35,934 bases of DNA from Armatimonadia bacterium (GCA_039683575.1 JBDKRC010000184.1:1-35934); one strand, 5' to 3'. Counted from the first letter of the stretch, positions 18,176 to 27,327 are shown. Numbers and translations are program-made. Notes: generated by a model not told the origin, from the sequence alone.

Positions 18176-18945
18176 CAGGCAGCGCCCCCTGCAGCAATCC
18201 GGTCCAGGCCCTGCCGGGTAAGATCAGCCAGCACCTCACCAAACCGTAACCGCCCCTCTTCCTCGTCCGCCCGCAAGGCCTCGGCAAGCATCCCCTCATG
18301 AACCGCCGCCTCGGCCGCCAGGGCCGCCTCATGGCAGTAGCGCGCGACCGCGTCACGAAGCTGCGAGCGCTGCAGTTCGGTGGGCAATGCTTCGGTCCCG
18401 GTGAAGTCCGATACGTCCCGCGTTACGAAGTGGCTGAAGAGGTGGTTGAAGTCGTGCGCCAAAAAGCACACCGCCAGCCGGTTTAGCTGCTGCTCCCGGC
18501 TGTAGCGGGCGAGATTGGCGGCGACACTGTCGGCGGTGATGTGGAAAGTGTCAGCGTCAGCGCTGGCTCCCGCGTCGAAGACCGTGGTGCCGAGAGCCCG
18601 CACGCCGACCTCGGCAAACCGCGAGACCAGCCCGCTGGTGGCAATGGTGCGCTCCGCCCGCTGCTGCAGCAGGCTCGAGATTTGCAGCAGCGGTGGCAGG
18701 CCGCCGCTCTCGATGGTGCCCAGGCCCGCAATGCCACTGCCATCCAGCACCCGCGAAGCCCGCAGCAGCGTCGAGAGACAGCACGCGACCCCGGGGCCGG
18801 ACAGCCCCGTGCGCGTGTCAGCATCAAGTGCCGACACGATACGGGACGCAACCTGGCCTGGGTCCGGGCTTGGCTGACGATAGAGTTGTCTCACGCGATC
18901 CCACTCGGGTGTTGAGGGGGAGCGTTGCGAACTGGAGGTTCCCAT
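18175..18945 (-). CDS. QatB-like protein
   Basis: Starts MGTSSSQRSP..W, the Gly-initial N-terminus typical of QatB. Predicted helical, 256 aa. Its TGA overlaps the qatC ATG (TGATG). GAGG RBS. Confidence 0.65.
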   Translation of the reverse strand: MGTSSSQRSPSTPEWDRVRQLYRQPSPDPGQVASRIVSALDADTRTGLSGPGVACCLSTLLRASRVLDGSGIAGLGTIESGGLPPLLQISSLLQQRAERTIATSGLVSRFAEVGVRALGTTVFDAGASADADTFHITADSVAANLARYSREQQLNRLAVCFLAHDFNHLFSHFVTRDVSDFTGTEALPTELQRSQLRDAVARYCHEAALAAEAAVHEGMLAEALRADEEEGRLRFGEVLADLTRQGLDRIAAGGAA

Positions 18946-19076
18946 CAGGCCTCATACCGCGCGCGCGGCTGGAGAATTGCTGCGGGTTCGCTGCCTCGCC
19001 CCCGGAATCCTTCTGTCACAGTCCATTTCGTACGGGGGACGCAAACAGAGGGACACGGGCGGGCAACAACGCTGTT

Positions 19077-19925
19077 TCAGAGATTGACGAGTACGACCGC
19101 GAGGATCGCCAGCCCGATGCCGATGCGGGCCAGTGGGCGCGGCCACTCCTGCCAGAGGAACCCGGAGCCAAGCGTGACCAGCGACACATTCAGCGCCTGG
19201 GTGACAGGGTACGCCACCACGCCGGGGTAGTAGCGCAGCGTTAGCAGCATGAACATCTGCCCCAGCGCCAGGGACAGCCCCATGGCGACTCCCCAGGCCA
19301 CAACCTGCGCCGGCGGCTTGGGCGGCGTGCTGCGTCGTCCCGCGATGGCGAACGGGAGCATCGTGACGCCCGCGGTCGCCGTGAGTATCAGCATGTAGCC
19401 GTTGAGTTGCTCGGGGAGTTTGAACTCGTAGAACACCTTTGAAGCCGTCAGAGCCACGCCATTGACCACCATGAGGCCGATGAAGATCAGGAGCTTGCGC
19501 CCCGTGACGCCTTGCCCGCTGAGGCCCTTGTCGAGCGACAGGAACGGCATCGCCACCAGACACAGCCCCGCCCCAATGGCGTTGATCAGGCTCGGGTGCT
19601 CGTGGTACAGCACCAGCGAGGCCAGCAGGGGGAAAAGCAGCGACAGTTGCTGCAGGGCCGTCATGATCGAGACGCCGCGGTCGGACATCGTCGGGATCAT
19701 GAGCACATACATGAAGTTGAACAGCACGCCCGCGATGAGTGCGAGCACGATGACCTGCGGGCTCAGAGCCGTGGGCTGCCTCAGACACAGCACCAGGTAG
19801 AACACCGCAGCGGTGAAGAACAAAATGACGCCCAACAAGTACAGGTTGAGCCACGCGCGCTGGGCGGCGCGCATGATGACATTGAACAGCGCAAAGAAGA
19901 TGATGAGGAGAATGAGAAAGATCAT
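19077..19925 (-). CDS. DMT/EamA family transporter
   Basis: About 10 TM helices in two repeats, each ending with the LYHEHP/LWQEWP-type EamA motif. Confidence 0.8.
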   Translation of the reverse strand: MIFLILLIIFFALFNVIMRAAQRAWLNLYLLGVILFFTAAVFYLVLCLRQPTALSPQVIVLALIAGVLFNFMYVLMIPTMSDRGVSIMTALQQLSLLFPLLASLVLYHEHPSLINAIGAGLCLVAMPFLSLDKGLSGQGVTGRKLLIFIGLMVVNGVALTASKVFYEFKLPEQLNGYMLILTATAGVTMLPFAIAGRRSTPPKPPAQVVAWGVAMGLSLALGQMFMLLTLRYYPGVVAYPVTQALNVSLVTLGSGFLWQEWPRPLARIGIGLAILAVVLVNL

Positions 19926-19928
19926 GAA

Positions 19929-21971
19929 CTAACCAAACTGTACCATATAGCCATTAGTAATATCCGGCCCGGAAATCGCCATGATGATCCACAGCAGCCC
20001 GCCGCAAACGAGATCGCCTATGGTGAGCCCCAGAAAGAACGGCATGAGCTTGCGGTACCACTCCGCCCCGCCCAGGCGATCAATGATTATCTTGAGCAGC
20101 CACGCCAGCAGGAATGGCCCCCAGAGCGCGTAGCCATAGTTCAGGGCCATGGCATACCCGAGCGGATGGAACGGAAACCGCAGCCAGGCCCGCCGCGAAG
20201 CCACGAAACCGAGCGTGACAAGCCCCCCGGCGATGACGCCGCCGATATGCCGCATGTCCGGCGCGCTCGGGGCCTTCAGCGCCGCCCCGGCCGAGCCCCA
20301 GACTGTCATAGCGCTGCGGACGTTGTAGCCCCCACTGGAGGTCCCGCCGTGCAGCACGTTGGCCCCGACCCCATAGTAGGAATGCAGCGTAACGATATAG
20401 CCGCCTACCATGCCCACCAGGAAGGCCCCGATCATCAGCCACGGGACCTTGCGCATCGGCACCCCCGTCTCCTCGGCCAGCTTCTCATTCTCGATGATGT
20501 ACCCGGTCAGCGAGGGGAAGTACCCGCGGCTGAACCAGCTAAACAGGCTCAACATTACGAGATTCGTGGCGTCAGAGCCCACGATCAGGCCCCGGGTCCC
20601 AACGGCAGCGGTGATGAGCTGCGGGTGCTGGTCAAAGGGGAAGGCCCACATGCTCGCCACCCCGGCCTCAGCGCGTATCCGCCCATACACCACTGCCCAA
20701 CCCAACAGCAGGCTGAAGTACGCGACCGCCAGCCACAGCGCCATGCCCATCTGCGTGGCCCAGATCAGGATTAGCGCAAAGCCCACGAGCGTCCCCCACA
20801 CCATCAGCCGCGACGACATCGGCTCGCGCTCATCGTGCGCGTCGCGCGCTCCCACCGCGCCCCGGATCAGCTTGGCAAGGTGGCTTCTGCCCACCCACAG
20901 CAGGCTGAAGAACAGCGCGATGAACGCGCCGGAGCCCTGCTGCGGCCCATACGGGAACCCCGGTGCCGCGCGATAGCCTACAATCTCGGCGATGACCTGC
21001 AGGATCATCTGAAAGATGAAAAAGAACCACGCCGAAAACAGCACATCCACCGAGACGAAGTAACCAAACCCGACAAGCTGCGGGCGATGGAAGAAAGTCA
21101 GCCCTCGAAATGGCGTCCAGGGCTTCTCCGTGAAGATTTTGCCCACCTGGTAGCGGTCCATCAGCGCCATGACCGATGGGTTGAACGAGTGCGCTACATT
21201 CATCGCGTGGTGAATGAAGACAGCGATGATGGCGATCCAGGTCAGCGGATTGCGGAAGATCCCCTGGATCTCAGCATGCTTGCCTGTCTGGTCGGCCACC
21301 GATAGGGGCAGCAACAGCAGCGGGTAGCGCAGCCGCTCATGCTCTGACCACTGGCGGTGGAACAGCGACATCAGGCACATGGCCGTGCCGAAGATCAGCG
21401 CGCAAAAGACGGTCCAGCCTGCCAGCGGCACAAACCAGTGCCGCCATGGGACCGCGCCGCTGTCGGAACCCTCGAACATCGTGCGGATCGTCTCGGTGTC
21501 CTGCGGATACGTCCACGCCGGCAGATACTGGGTCGCAAGTTCCCCCAGGCCATCCTGTGGCGTGCCGAAGTACTGCGGCGCCGTCCCCCACGGCAGTAGC
21601 ATCTCAATGATCCCAAACGTCGTCGGCGGGATCGCGAGCACGAGCACGATGTAGATGACCATCAACTCGCGCGAAGACAGCGGCTTGCCCCGGAACATCC
21701 GTCGCAGACCCGCGCCGGAGATGACCAGCAGGAAGAGAAAGATGATGGCGGGGACGGGCGGCACGCTCAGCAGATAGACCGGCGCGTAGATGTTCCCCGG
21801 TGCCTGCACCAGGCTTGCCTGGTGAATCCACCAGATCCCTGCCACCGCAAGCACCAGGGCAAGCGCGAGCGAGCGGACGGTGAGGCCAGTGTCCGCTCGC
21901 TGCGCCGGATCGTCCATCGATTTGTTCTCTGCGACCATGCGCTGCAGATCCCGTTCTTCAGGGCGCGACAA
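19929..21971 (-). CDS. DUF6785/DUF6784-type polytopic membrane protein (putative transporter)
   Basis: Many TMs; LSSRELMVIY, VPWRHWFVPL, RQWSEHERLRYPL, RAEAG, FPFHPLGY, PFFLGL. Start uncertain (TTG 21971 or ATG 21938). Confidence 0.75.
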   Translation of the reverse strand: MSRPEERDLQRMVAENKSMDDPAQRADTGLTVRSLALALVLAVAGIWWIHQASLVQAPGNIYAPVYLLSVPPVPAIIFLFLLVISGAGLRRMFRGKPLSSRELMVIYIVLVLAIPPTTFGIIEMLLPWGTAPQYFGTPQDGLGELATQYLPAWTYPQDTETIRTMFEGSDSGAVPWRHWFVPLAGWTVFCALIFGTAMCLMSLFHRQWSEHERLRYPLLLLPLSVADQTGKHAEIQGIFRNPLTWIAIIAVFIHHAMNVAHSFNPSVMALMDRYQVGKIFTEKPWTPFRGLTFFHRPQLVGFGYFVSVDVLFSAWFFFIFQMILQVIAEIVGYRAAPGFPYGPQQGSGAFIALFFSLLWVGRSHLAKLIRGAVGARDAHDEREPMSSRLMVWGTLVGFALILIWATQMGMALWLAVAYFSLLLGWAVVYGRIRAEAGVASMWAFPFDQHPQLITAAVGTRGLIVGSDATNLVMLSLFSWFSRGYFPSLTGYIIENEKLAEETGVPMRKVPWLMIGAFLVGMVGGYIVTLHSYYGVGANVLHGGTSSGGYNVRSAMTVWGSAGAALKAPSAPDMRHIGGVIAGGLVTLGFVASRRAWLRFPFHPLGYAMALNYGYALWGPFLLAWLLKIIIDRLGGAEWYRKLMPFFLGLTIGDLVCGGLLWIIMAISGPDITNGYMVQFG

Positions 21972-22000
21972 TCGCGAACTTCGTGCGACCTTGGCGCCAG

Positions 22001-22822
22001 CTAACCCAAGTCGCGCAGACGCTGGGCCGCCTCTGCCAGCGCGGCCAGTTTCTGGTCGAGGCCGTCGGCTGGGAAGTTGCCGGCCTCCAGCAGCAGTGGC
22101 CCCCGGTATGCTGCCTCCCCCAGTGCACCCATCAGCGCCGGCCAGTCAATGACGCCCTCCCCCGGTAGCCAGTGTTTCTCCTCACGGCCGTCATTGTCTG
22201 AGAGGTGGGTAGTCAGCAGGCTCAATGCCAGCCGTCGCACCACCTCGGGCAGGTCCTCGGGCAGGTTAGCGTGGTTCACGTCGAGGCAGAACCCGGTGTC
22301 ACCGTCGATTCTCTCCTTGAGCCAGAGCAGTTCGGCGGCACTGGTGCCCAGGTCCGCGGGCTTCGGCGGCAGATACTCCAGCGCCAGTCGGAGCCCTCGC
22401 TGTGAGGCCCGCCTCGACACCTCATTGTAGCTGGCCACGGCCCGCTGCAGGGACTGCTCGCGCTCATCGACTTGCGGGTCATAGTACCCGGGGTGGACGA
22501 TGATCAGGCCCGCGCCCAGCGCCTCCGCCTGCGCCAGGGCCTCGGTCATGGCGTCGACCGCAGCGCCTCGTCGGGTCTCGTCGGCCGCAGCGGGCGAGAT
22601 GTGGTGCCCGAAGGGCGCGTGCAGCGACCACGTTACCAGCCCGCTCTCTCGCGTCCGTTGGCCCAGCAGTTCGAAGTCCTGTAGCGTCTGCAGCCACGGC
22701 ACTTTGGCCGGGAAGACTTCGATATGCGTAAAGCCAGCCTCGGCGACTGCGGGCAGAGCCTCAAGGGTGAAGTCATCTCCCAGGCATGCTGAGCTAAGTC
22801 CGAGCGGTAGCAGTTGTGACAC
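22001..22822 (-). CDS. Sugar phosphate isomerase/epimerase (xylose isomerase-like TIM barrel)
   Basis: SLHAPF, LALEYL, CLDVNH, HLSDNDG..EKHWLPGEGVIDW. Confidence 0.88.
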   Translation of the reverse strand: MSQLLPLGLSSACLGDDFTLEALPAVAEAGFTHIEVFPAKVPWLQTLQDFELLGQRTRESGLVTWSLHAPFGHHISPAAADETRRGAAVDAMTEALAQAEALGAGLIIVHPGYYDPQVDEREQSLQRAVASYNEVSRRASQRGLRLALEYLPPKPADLGTSAAELLWLKERIDGDTGFCLDVNHANLPEDLPEVVRRLALSLLTTHLSDNDGREEKHWLPGEGVIDWPALMGALGEAAYRGPLLLEAGNFPADGLDQKLAALAEAAQRLRDLG

Positions 22823-22873
22823 TGGTGCTCCCTCTGTATTCAGAACTTGGCGGCCGGTTGCCCGCCCGGTCTA

Positions 22874-23899
22874 CTACTCGGCGCCTACGAACTGTTTGAA
22901 CTGATCCAGCAGGTCATTTGGCGGATCGAACGGGAAGTTGATGGGCCGCGCCTCGACGCTGCTCAGGTACCCTGCCAGGATGACCAGCCACTCGTCCAGC
23001 GAGTTCTGGAGGTTCGTCGGGGCGACCTGGCTGTCATCCTCGATCCAGTCGAACATCGCGTTCGTCAAGTTGGCCTGCCCAAGCACGTCCTCAGCGCCGT
23101 AGTCCTTCTTGCCCCGCTCCACAGTCCCGTCCGGCAGCGACTTCTCCCACGCGTACATTCTCCAGTGGAAGTACCCGTGAGTCCCGTACACCGCGATCCG
23201 CTTGTGGGCCCAGGTGGCGCCTTCTTCAAAGATCGGCGACCCGACACCCGCCTGCAGCGCCGCCCGCACCCCGTTCTCAAACGTCAGCAGCGACTCCGCA
23301 TCATTGGGCGAGGGATGTGAACACCCGAGGTCGGTATAGCCCGATGAAGCCCCGAACACGGTCTTGACTGGCGCGTAGCCGTTGAACGCGAACAGCAGGT
23401 CAAGCACATGCACGCCCTGCCCCGACATGGGCAGCACAGCGGAGGCGTCAATGAACTGCACTTCGCCGAACTTGCCGTCCTGCACGTCCTGCAGCAGGGA
23501 CAGTATCTGGGGATGATGGCGGAGCTGATGGTTAACCGCGTACTTCGTCTTCGTCGCGGCGTCCAGGCTGCGCAGCGCCTTGTAGTCATCCGCGCCGATG
23601 CAGATGGGCTTTTCCACCAGCACCGCCGGTACTCCGGCGTCCGCAAGCTGCTGCATCAGGCCCACGCGCAGGTTCGGCCGTGTGACCATGTGCACCAGAT
23701 CGGGCTTCTCTTTGTCGAGCATCTCCTCGAGGCTGGTATACGTCGCAGGGATGTCATACTTGGCCGCGAAGGCGGAAAGACGCTCGGGGTCGAGATCGCA
23801 GCAGGCGACTTTGTGTCCGCGGGTGATGTGGGCATAGGCGGCGGCGTGGCCATTGGCCCGGGGGCCGCAGCCGAGGAAAGCGCATTTGAAGCTCATCAT
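22874..23899 (-). CDS. Gfo/Idh/MocA family oxidoreductase
   Basis: FLGCG, VEKP, NHQLRH, HVLD. Confidence 0.88.
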   Translation of the reverse strand: MMSFKCAFLGCGPRANGHAAAYAHITRGHKVACCDLDPERLSAFAAKYDIPATYTSLEEMLDKEKPDLVHMVTRPNLRVGLMQQLADAGVPAVLVEKPICIGADDYKALRSLDAATKTKYAVNHQLRHHPQILSLLQDVQDGKFGEVQFIDASAVLPMSGQGVHVLDLLFAFNGYAPVKTVFGASSGYTDLGCSHPSPNDAESLLTFENGVRAALQAGVGSPIFEEGATWAHKRIAVYGTHGYFHWRMYAWEKSLPDGTVERGKKDYGAEDVLGQANLTNAMFDWIEDDSQVAPTNLQNSLDEWLVILAGYLSSVEARPINFPFDPPNDLLDQFKQFVGAE

Positions 23900-23987
23900 G
23901 GGGCTCCGTTTCTCGGATAATCATTAGGTCGGGTAGCCCGGCCGGGGGAATGCTTCGCCCATGACGCGCAAGGACCTGCCCCCGCCC

Positions 23988-24021
23988 AAACAAAAGGGCC
24001 GCCTGCAGAGGCAGGCGGCCC
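23988..24021 (-). terminator. Intrinsic terminator of the PEP-CTERM gene
   Basis: GGGCCGCCTGC-AGAG-GCAGGCGGCCC (23996-24021), followed on the minus strand by TTTTGTTT. Confidence 0.75.
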
Positions 24022-24058
24022 GAACTTTCGATGGCAGAGCTTGGCCCTGCCGTTATGT

Positions 24059-24721
24059 CTATGCTGCGCGCTTCCGGCGGAGATACAACCCGCCAAGCCC
24101 CAGGCCCAGGAGAGCCAGCGTCGTCGGCTCGGGGGTCACGCCGCCTTCGGCGAGGTCCCAGGTGGTAACGACGCCGCCGCCGGTGTCGATTACGCCGCCC
24201 CAGAAGTGGAATTCGTCCGGAAGAGCCGCTCCGGGAATCTGCCACTCCAACGTCGCGCCGCCATTCTCATTGTTGGCAAAGATCGGGGTGTAGCCAACAT
24301 TGGTATTCCAGCCGGCTCCAACGCCCGTGTACTGGTGGTAGTGCGGCGGGAAGAAGTCATCGATCTGGTTCCAGTGGGAGTCCACGATGTAGTCAATCCC
24401 GGTAAGCTCGCTCGGCACATAGGGGTTCAGGGCGAGTGATCCGCCGGGGCCGCCGTCAATGTAGATACCATAGATGTCGCCGGCATCCGACAGCGAGGGC
24501 GCGGCCTCAAGGTCCATGCGGAAGTAATAGATGTCGTTGTCGGCATCCCAGCCCCACCAGATGCCCTGGAGGATGTCCTTCCCGCCCGGTCCGACTGCAT
24601 CGTTGGGGTCCGCAAAGAACTCCACGTGGGGGGCGTTGACGTCCCAGTTGAACAGGTACGCATGCGCGCCTGAAGCGAGCAACGTCAGCAAGCCGACTAA
24701 TAACAGAACGCGGGCGATCAT
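24059..24721 (-). CDS. PEP-CTERM sorting domain protein
   Basis: Signal peptide ending AHA; acidic/Gly-rich body; C-terminal TPEPTTLALLGLGLGGLYLRRKRAA. Confidence 0.92.
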   Translation of the reverse strand: MIARVLLLVGLLTLLASGAHAYLFNWDVNAPHVEFFADPNDAVGPGGKDILQGIWWGWDADNDIYYFRMDLEAAPSLSDAGDIYGIYIDGGPGGSLALNPYVPSELTGIDYIVDSHWNQIDDFFPPHYHQYTGVGAGWNTNVGYTPIFANNENGGATLEWQIPGAALPDEFHFWGGVIDTGGGVVTTWDLAEGGVTPEPTTLALLGLGLGGLYLRRKRAA

Positions 24722-25258
24722 AAGGGGCTCCCTATTTGTGCCGATGGATCAAGCTATTAGTAACCTATTAGCTATGGCACTGTCAAGATGTTCTTGAAGA
24801 TAATCCTGCATTTGGGCGCGCAATTGCTGGGCAGTCGTTGGCTTCAGGCATTCCCTCGGACGTTACCGCTGCCGAAAGTGGTGTGATTGCTGCTATCCTG
24901 CAGGTCGGGGCACCCGCGGGCCCGAAATGGCAGTCTCCTGACTTGGGTACACCAGCGAGCGCTTGCCATAGCCCGCATCGGCGCCTGGCAGGGCTCGGCG
25001 ATGGCAGGAATGCCGGTGTCCGTGCTGGAGGGGTGCTTTTGCGTTCCTCATATGGGTCGGGTGGCTGCGCCCGAATGGGGACGATAAGCCGACAGCTTGA
25101 CGCCTTCTTGAGGCTGTCTTCGACAAATTGTGAGCGAACCAGTGTATGGTTCACCTTGGAACGGTTAAGGAAGCTGCCGATCGTGCCGATTACTCGGCAA
25201 TGGCCGTTGGCCAGGCCCGAATACCAGACGATGCAGTCCGGCAGCGAAGTGAGGTAAC

Positions 25259-26920
25259 GTGTCAGCCCTAGAACATAGTGAGAACTCACACCCTCATGTT
25301 GCGGTGGAAGGCCCCCAGAGCGGTCCCATGGGGCTCAGCTCCGATCAGCCGGGGAAGAGATTCCCAGTACTGGACTATGGCGGGTATCTCAGCAGACTGA
25401 TCGTGCTTTCGGCCGCCTTCGGTGCTGGCCTGCTACTCAACCACCTCTCCACCGGCCGTCCTTACTTCGGCCTGCTGGTACTGGCTGGAGTCATCCTCGT
25501 CTGCCTCGGCATCGTGCTGGGACCGCACTCGCAGATGAACTCCGGCCGCCTCGCCACCCCCCTGTTCGACCTCGCCTGGATAATGTTCGCGATGTACCTC
25601 ACCGACGGCCTCAGCAGCTTCCTGCTGCCGCTGCTATACATCATTGTCGCCACGGCGGCGATGAAAGGGAACCGCTGGGAGGTCGGGATGAGCCTGGGCG
25701 GGGCTGTGACCGGTATCTTCCTGCTGGCTCAGGTCAGCCGCAACGGTACCGATTTTCCCCTGGCCGTCGCGCAAGCGACCCTTCTGGCCGCAGGTGCCCT
25801 CGCCGTTCGCCTGACTGTCGCCGCAAGCATCCCGGTGGTCTTGAGCAAGAGTCGCAATGAGGCACTCTACACCTCCCTACTGCAGAATACCTCCGACGCG
25901 GTACTGAGCCTGGAGCCTGAGACCTGGCACGTCCTGCAGGCAAATCCCGCCGCGACTTCGCTCCTCTCCGACGGTTCAGACCAGAGCCTGGATAACCAGG
26001 AACTCGAGAGTCTGCTGCTGTTCAAAGACCGCGCCTTTGCCCGCACTTCTCGTGCGCGCCTCGCGGCAGGCGAGCCGGTGCAGGACGCCGCCACGTACGC
26101 CACCACGCGTGAGGGCCGGGAATTGGTCCTCCGCGTCAACCTGCAGCCGCTGAATGACGAGAACGGCATTGCCTTCGTACAGGCGATCATCGAGGTTAGT
26201 TCTCCTGAAGATGTCGCCATTCGGCCGCAGCCCGTGCCGCGCGACGATTTCAGCGTCAACTACATCCCCTCGCTGACCCACGAACTCAACAACCATCTGG
26301 CTGCGATCCGCCTCAGCGCCGAACTGGCGGCCACAACCGGCCGTGCGCCCAACTTCGAGGAAATGCAGCAACAGGTGGACCACTGCCAGGACGTGCTGCA
26401 AACCGTGGTGCTACAGATCCTGCGCTCAGCCGCACCGCAGCAGGCTACCGATGAGACCCCGGCGGCCAATCCGCACACCGTTATCGAACGGGCCCTGCTT
26501 CTGACACGTCCGCAGGTGCTGACTGCGGGGATACAGCTTCAAGTGAGCATTCCCCCGGGGATGCCCGCCGTAGCCGGCTTCAACCATGAGCTGCAAGAGG
26601 CACTGGTGCGCATCATCATCCACTCGATCAAGGCGATGACCGGCCGTGAGCCCCCACGGACCCTCTCTCTGGCGGCGACCGTCAGAGAACGCTTCGTGGA
26701 GCTGGTCATCCTTGATCTGAGCGAGGGCCTCGGTATCCGCGACCTCGCGATCATCAACGGTAAGCAGAACATCCTGCCGCGTGCCCAGGACCGCAACTGG
26801 GTAACGGTGCGGGACGCCATCTGCCGTTTCGGCGGAGAACTACAGGCCTCCAACGGCCTCAACGGGGGAATGCGCCTAAGACTGCTGTTGCCGGTCGTTC
26901 AGGACACAGGAGCAGAGTAA
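25259..26920 (+). CDS. Membrane PAS-domain histidine kinase-like protein with degenerate ATPase domain
   Basis: About six N-terminal TMs (PilS-like DLAWIMFAMYLTDGLSS), PAS, H-box THELNNHL. The N, G1, F and G2 boxes are degenerate. Confidence 0.8.
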   Translation: MSALEHSENSHPHVAVEGPQSGPMGLSSDQPGKRFPVLDYGGYLSRLIVLSAAFGAGLLLNHLSTGRPYFGLLVLAGVILVCLGIVLGPHSQMNSGRLATPLFDLAWIMFAMYLTDGLSSFLLPLLYIIVATAAMKGNRWEVGMSLGGAVTGIFLLAQVSRNGTDFPLAVAQATLLAAGALAVRLTVAASIPVVLSKSRNEALYTSLLQNTSDAVLSLEPETWHVLQANPAATSLLSDGSDQSLDNQELESLLLFKDRAFARTSRARLAAGEPVQDAATYATTREGRELVLRVNLQPLNDENGIAFVQAIIEVSSPEDVAIRPQPVPRDDFSVNYIPSLTHELNNHLAAIRLSAELAATTGRAPNFEEMQQQVDHCQDVLQTVVLQILRSAAPQQATDETPAANPHTVIERALLLTRPQVLTAGIQLQVSIPPGMPAVAGFNHELQEALVRIIIHSIKAMTGREPPRTLSLAATVRERFVELVILDLSEGLGIRDLAIINGKQNILPRAQDRNWVTVRDAICRFGGELQASNGLNGGMRLRLLLPVVQDTGAE

Positions 26921-26922
26921 CC

Positions 26923-27327
26923 ATGAGTATCCTTCGCGAATGTACCATCGGAGCGGGTAAGCGCGCTCTGGTGGTAGACGATGAACCCGTGGTGGGGCAG
27001 ATCATCTGCCGGGTGCTGGAGCAGATGGGCTACGAAGTAGACCATGCCCTCGATGGCGACCAGGCTCTTCGTCTGGCCCGCTCCAATCCCTATGCCGTCG
27101 TCGTCTGCGACATCCTCATGCCCCGCATCAACGGCATGGCCCTGTACGACACCTGGCAAAAGGAAGCTCCCGAGATAGCCGCCCACACCATCTTCGTTAC
27201 TGGCGACAGCCTCGGCAGCGAGACCAGTGACTTCATAGAGCGTACGGGCTGCCCCTGCATCTTCAAGCCCTTCCGCCTCAACGATCTGGCGAAGCTCGTG
27301 GTGGAACTCGAATCAGCCAAAGTATAG
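26923..27327 (+). CDS. Single-domain response regulator
   Basis: LVVDDE, CDILMP, VTGD, FKPF. Starts 2 nt after the kinase-like gene. Confidence 0.92.
   Translation: MSILRECTIGAGKRALVVDDEPVVGQIICRVLEQMGYEVDHALDGDQALRLARSNPYAVVVCDILMPRINGMALYDTWQKEAPEIAAHTIFVTGDSLGSETSDFIERTGCPCIFKPFRLNDLAKLVVELESAKV

Noticed and set aside
19512-20774. Long plus-strand ORF (also 15477-16592, 28151-29035 and 34703-35878)
   Set aside because: These are antisense shadows of well-supported genes in GC-rich DNA and carry no recognisable motifs.
24775-24790. Sigma54 promoter (TGGCAC) for the PEP-CTERM gene
   Set aside because: It is in the wrong orientation and lacks TTGC at the -12 position.
24783-25289. Overlapping ORFs in the divergent intergenic region
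   Set aside because: They have non-ATG starts, no clear RBS and no protein-like features; the region is more likely regulatory.
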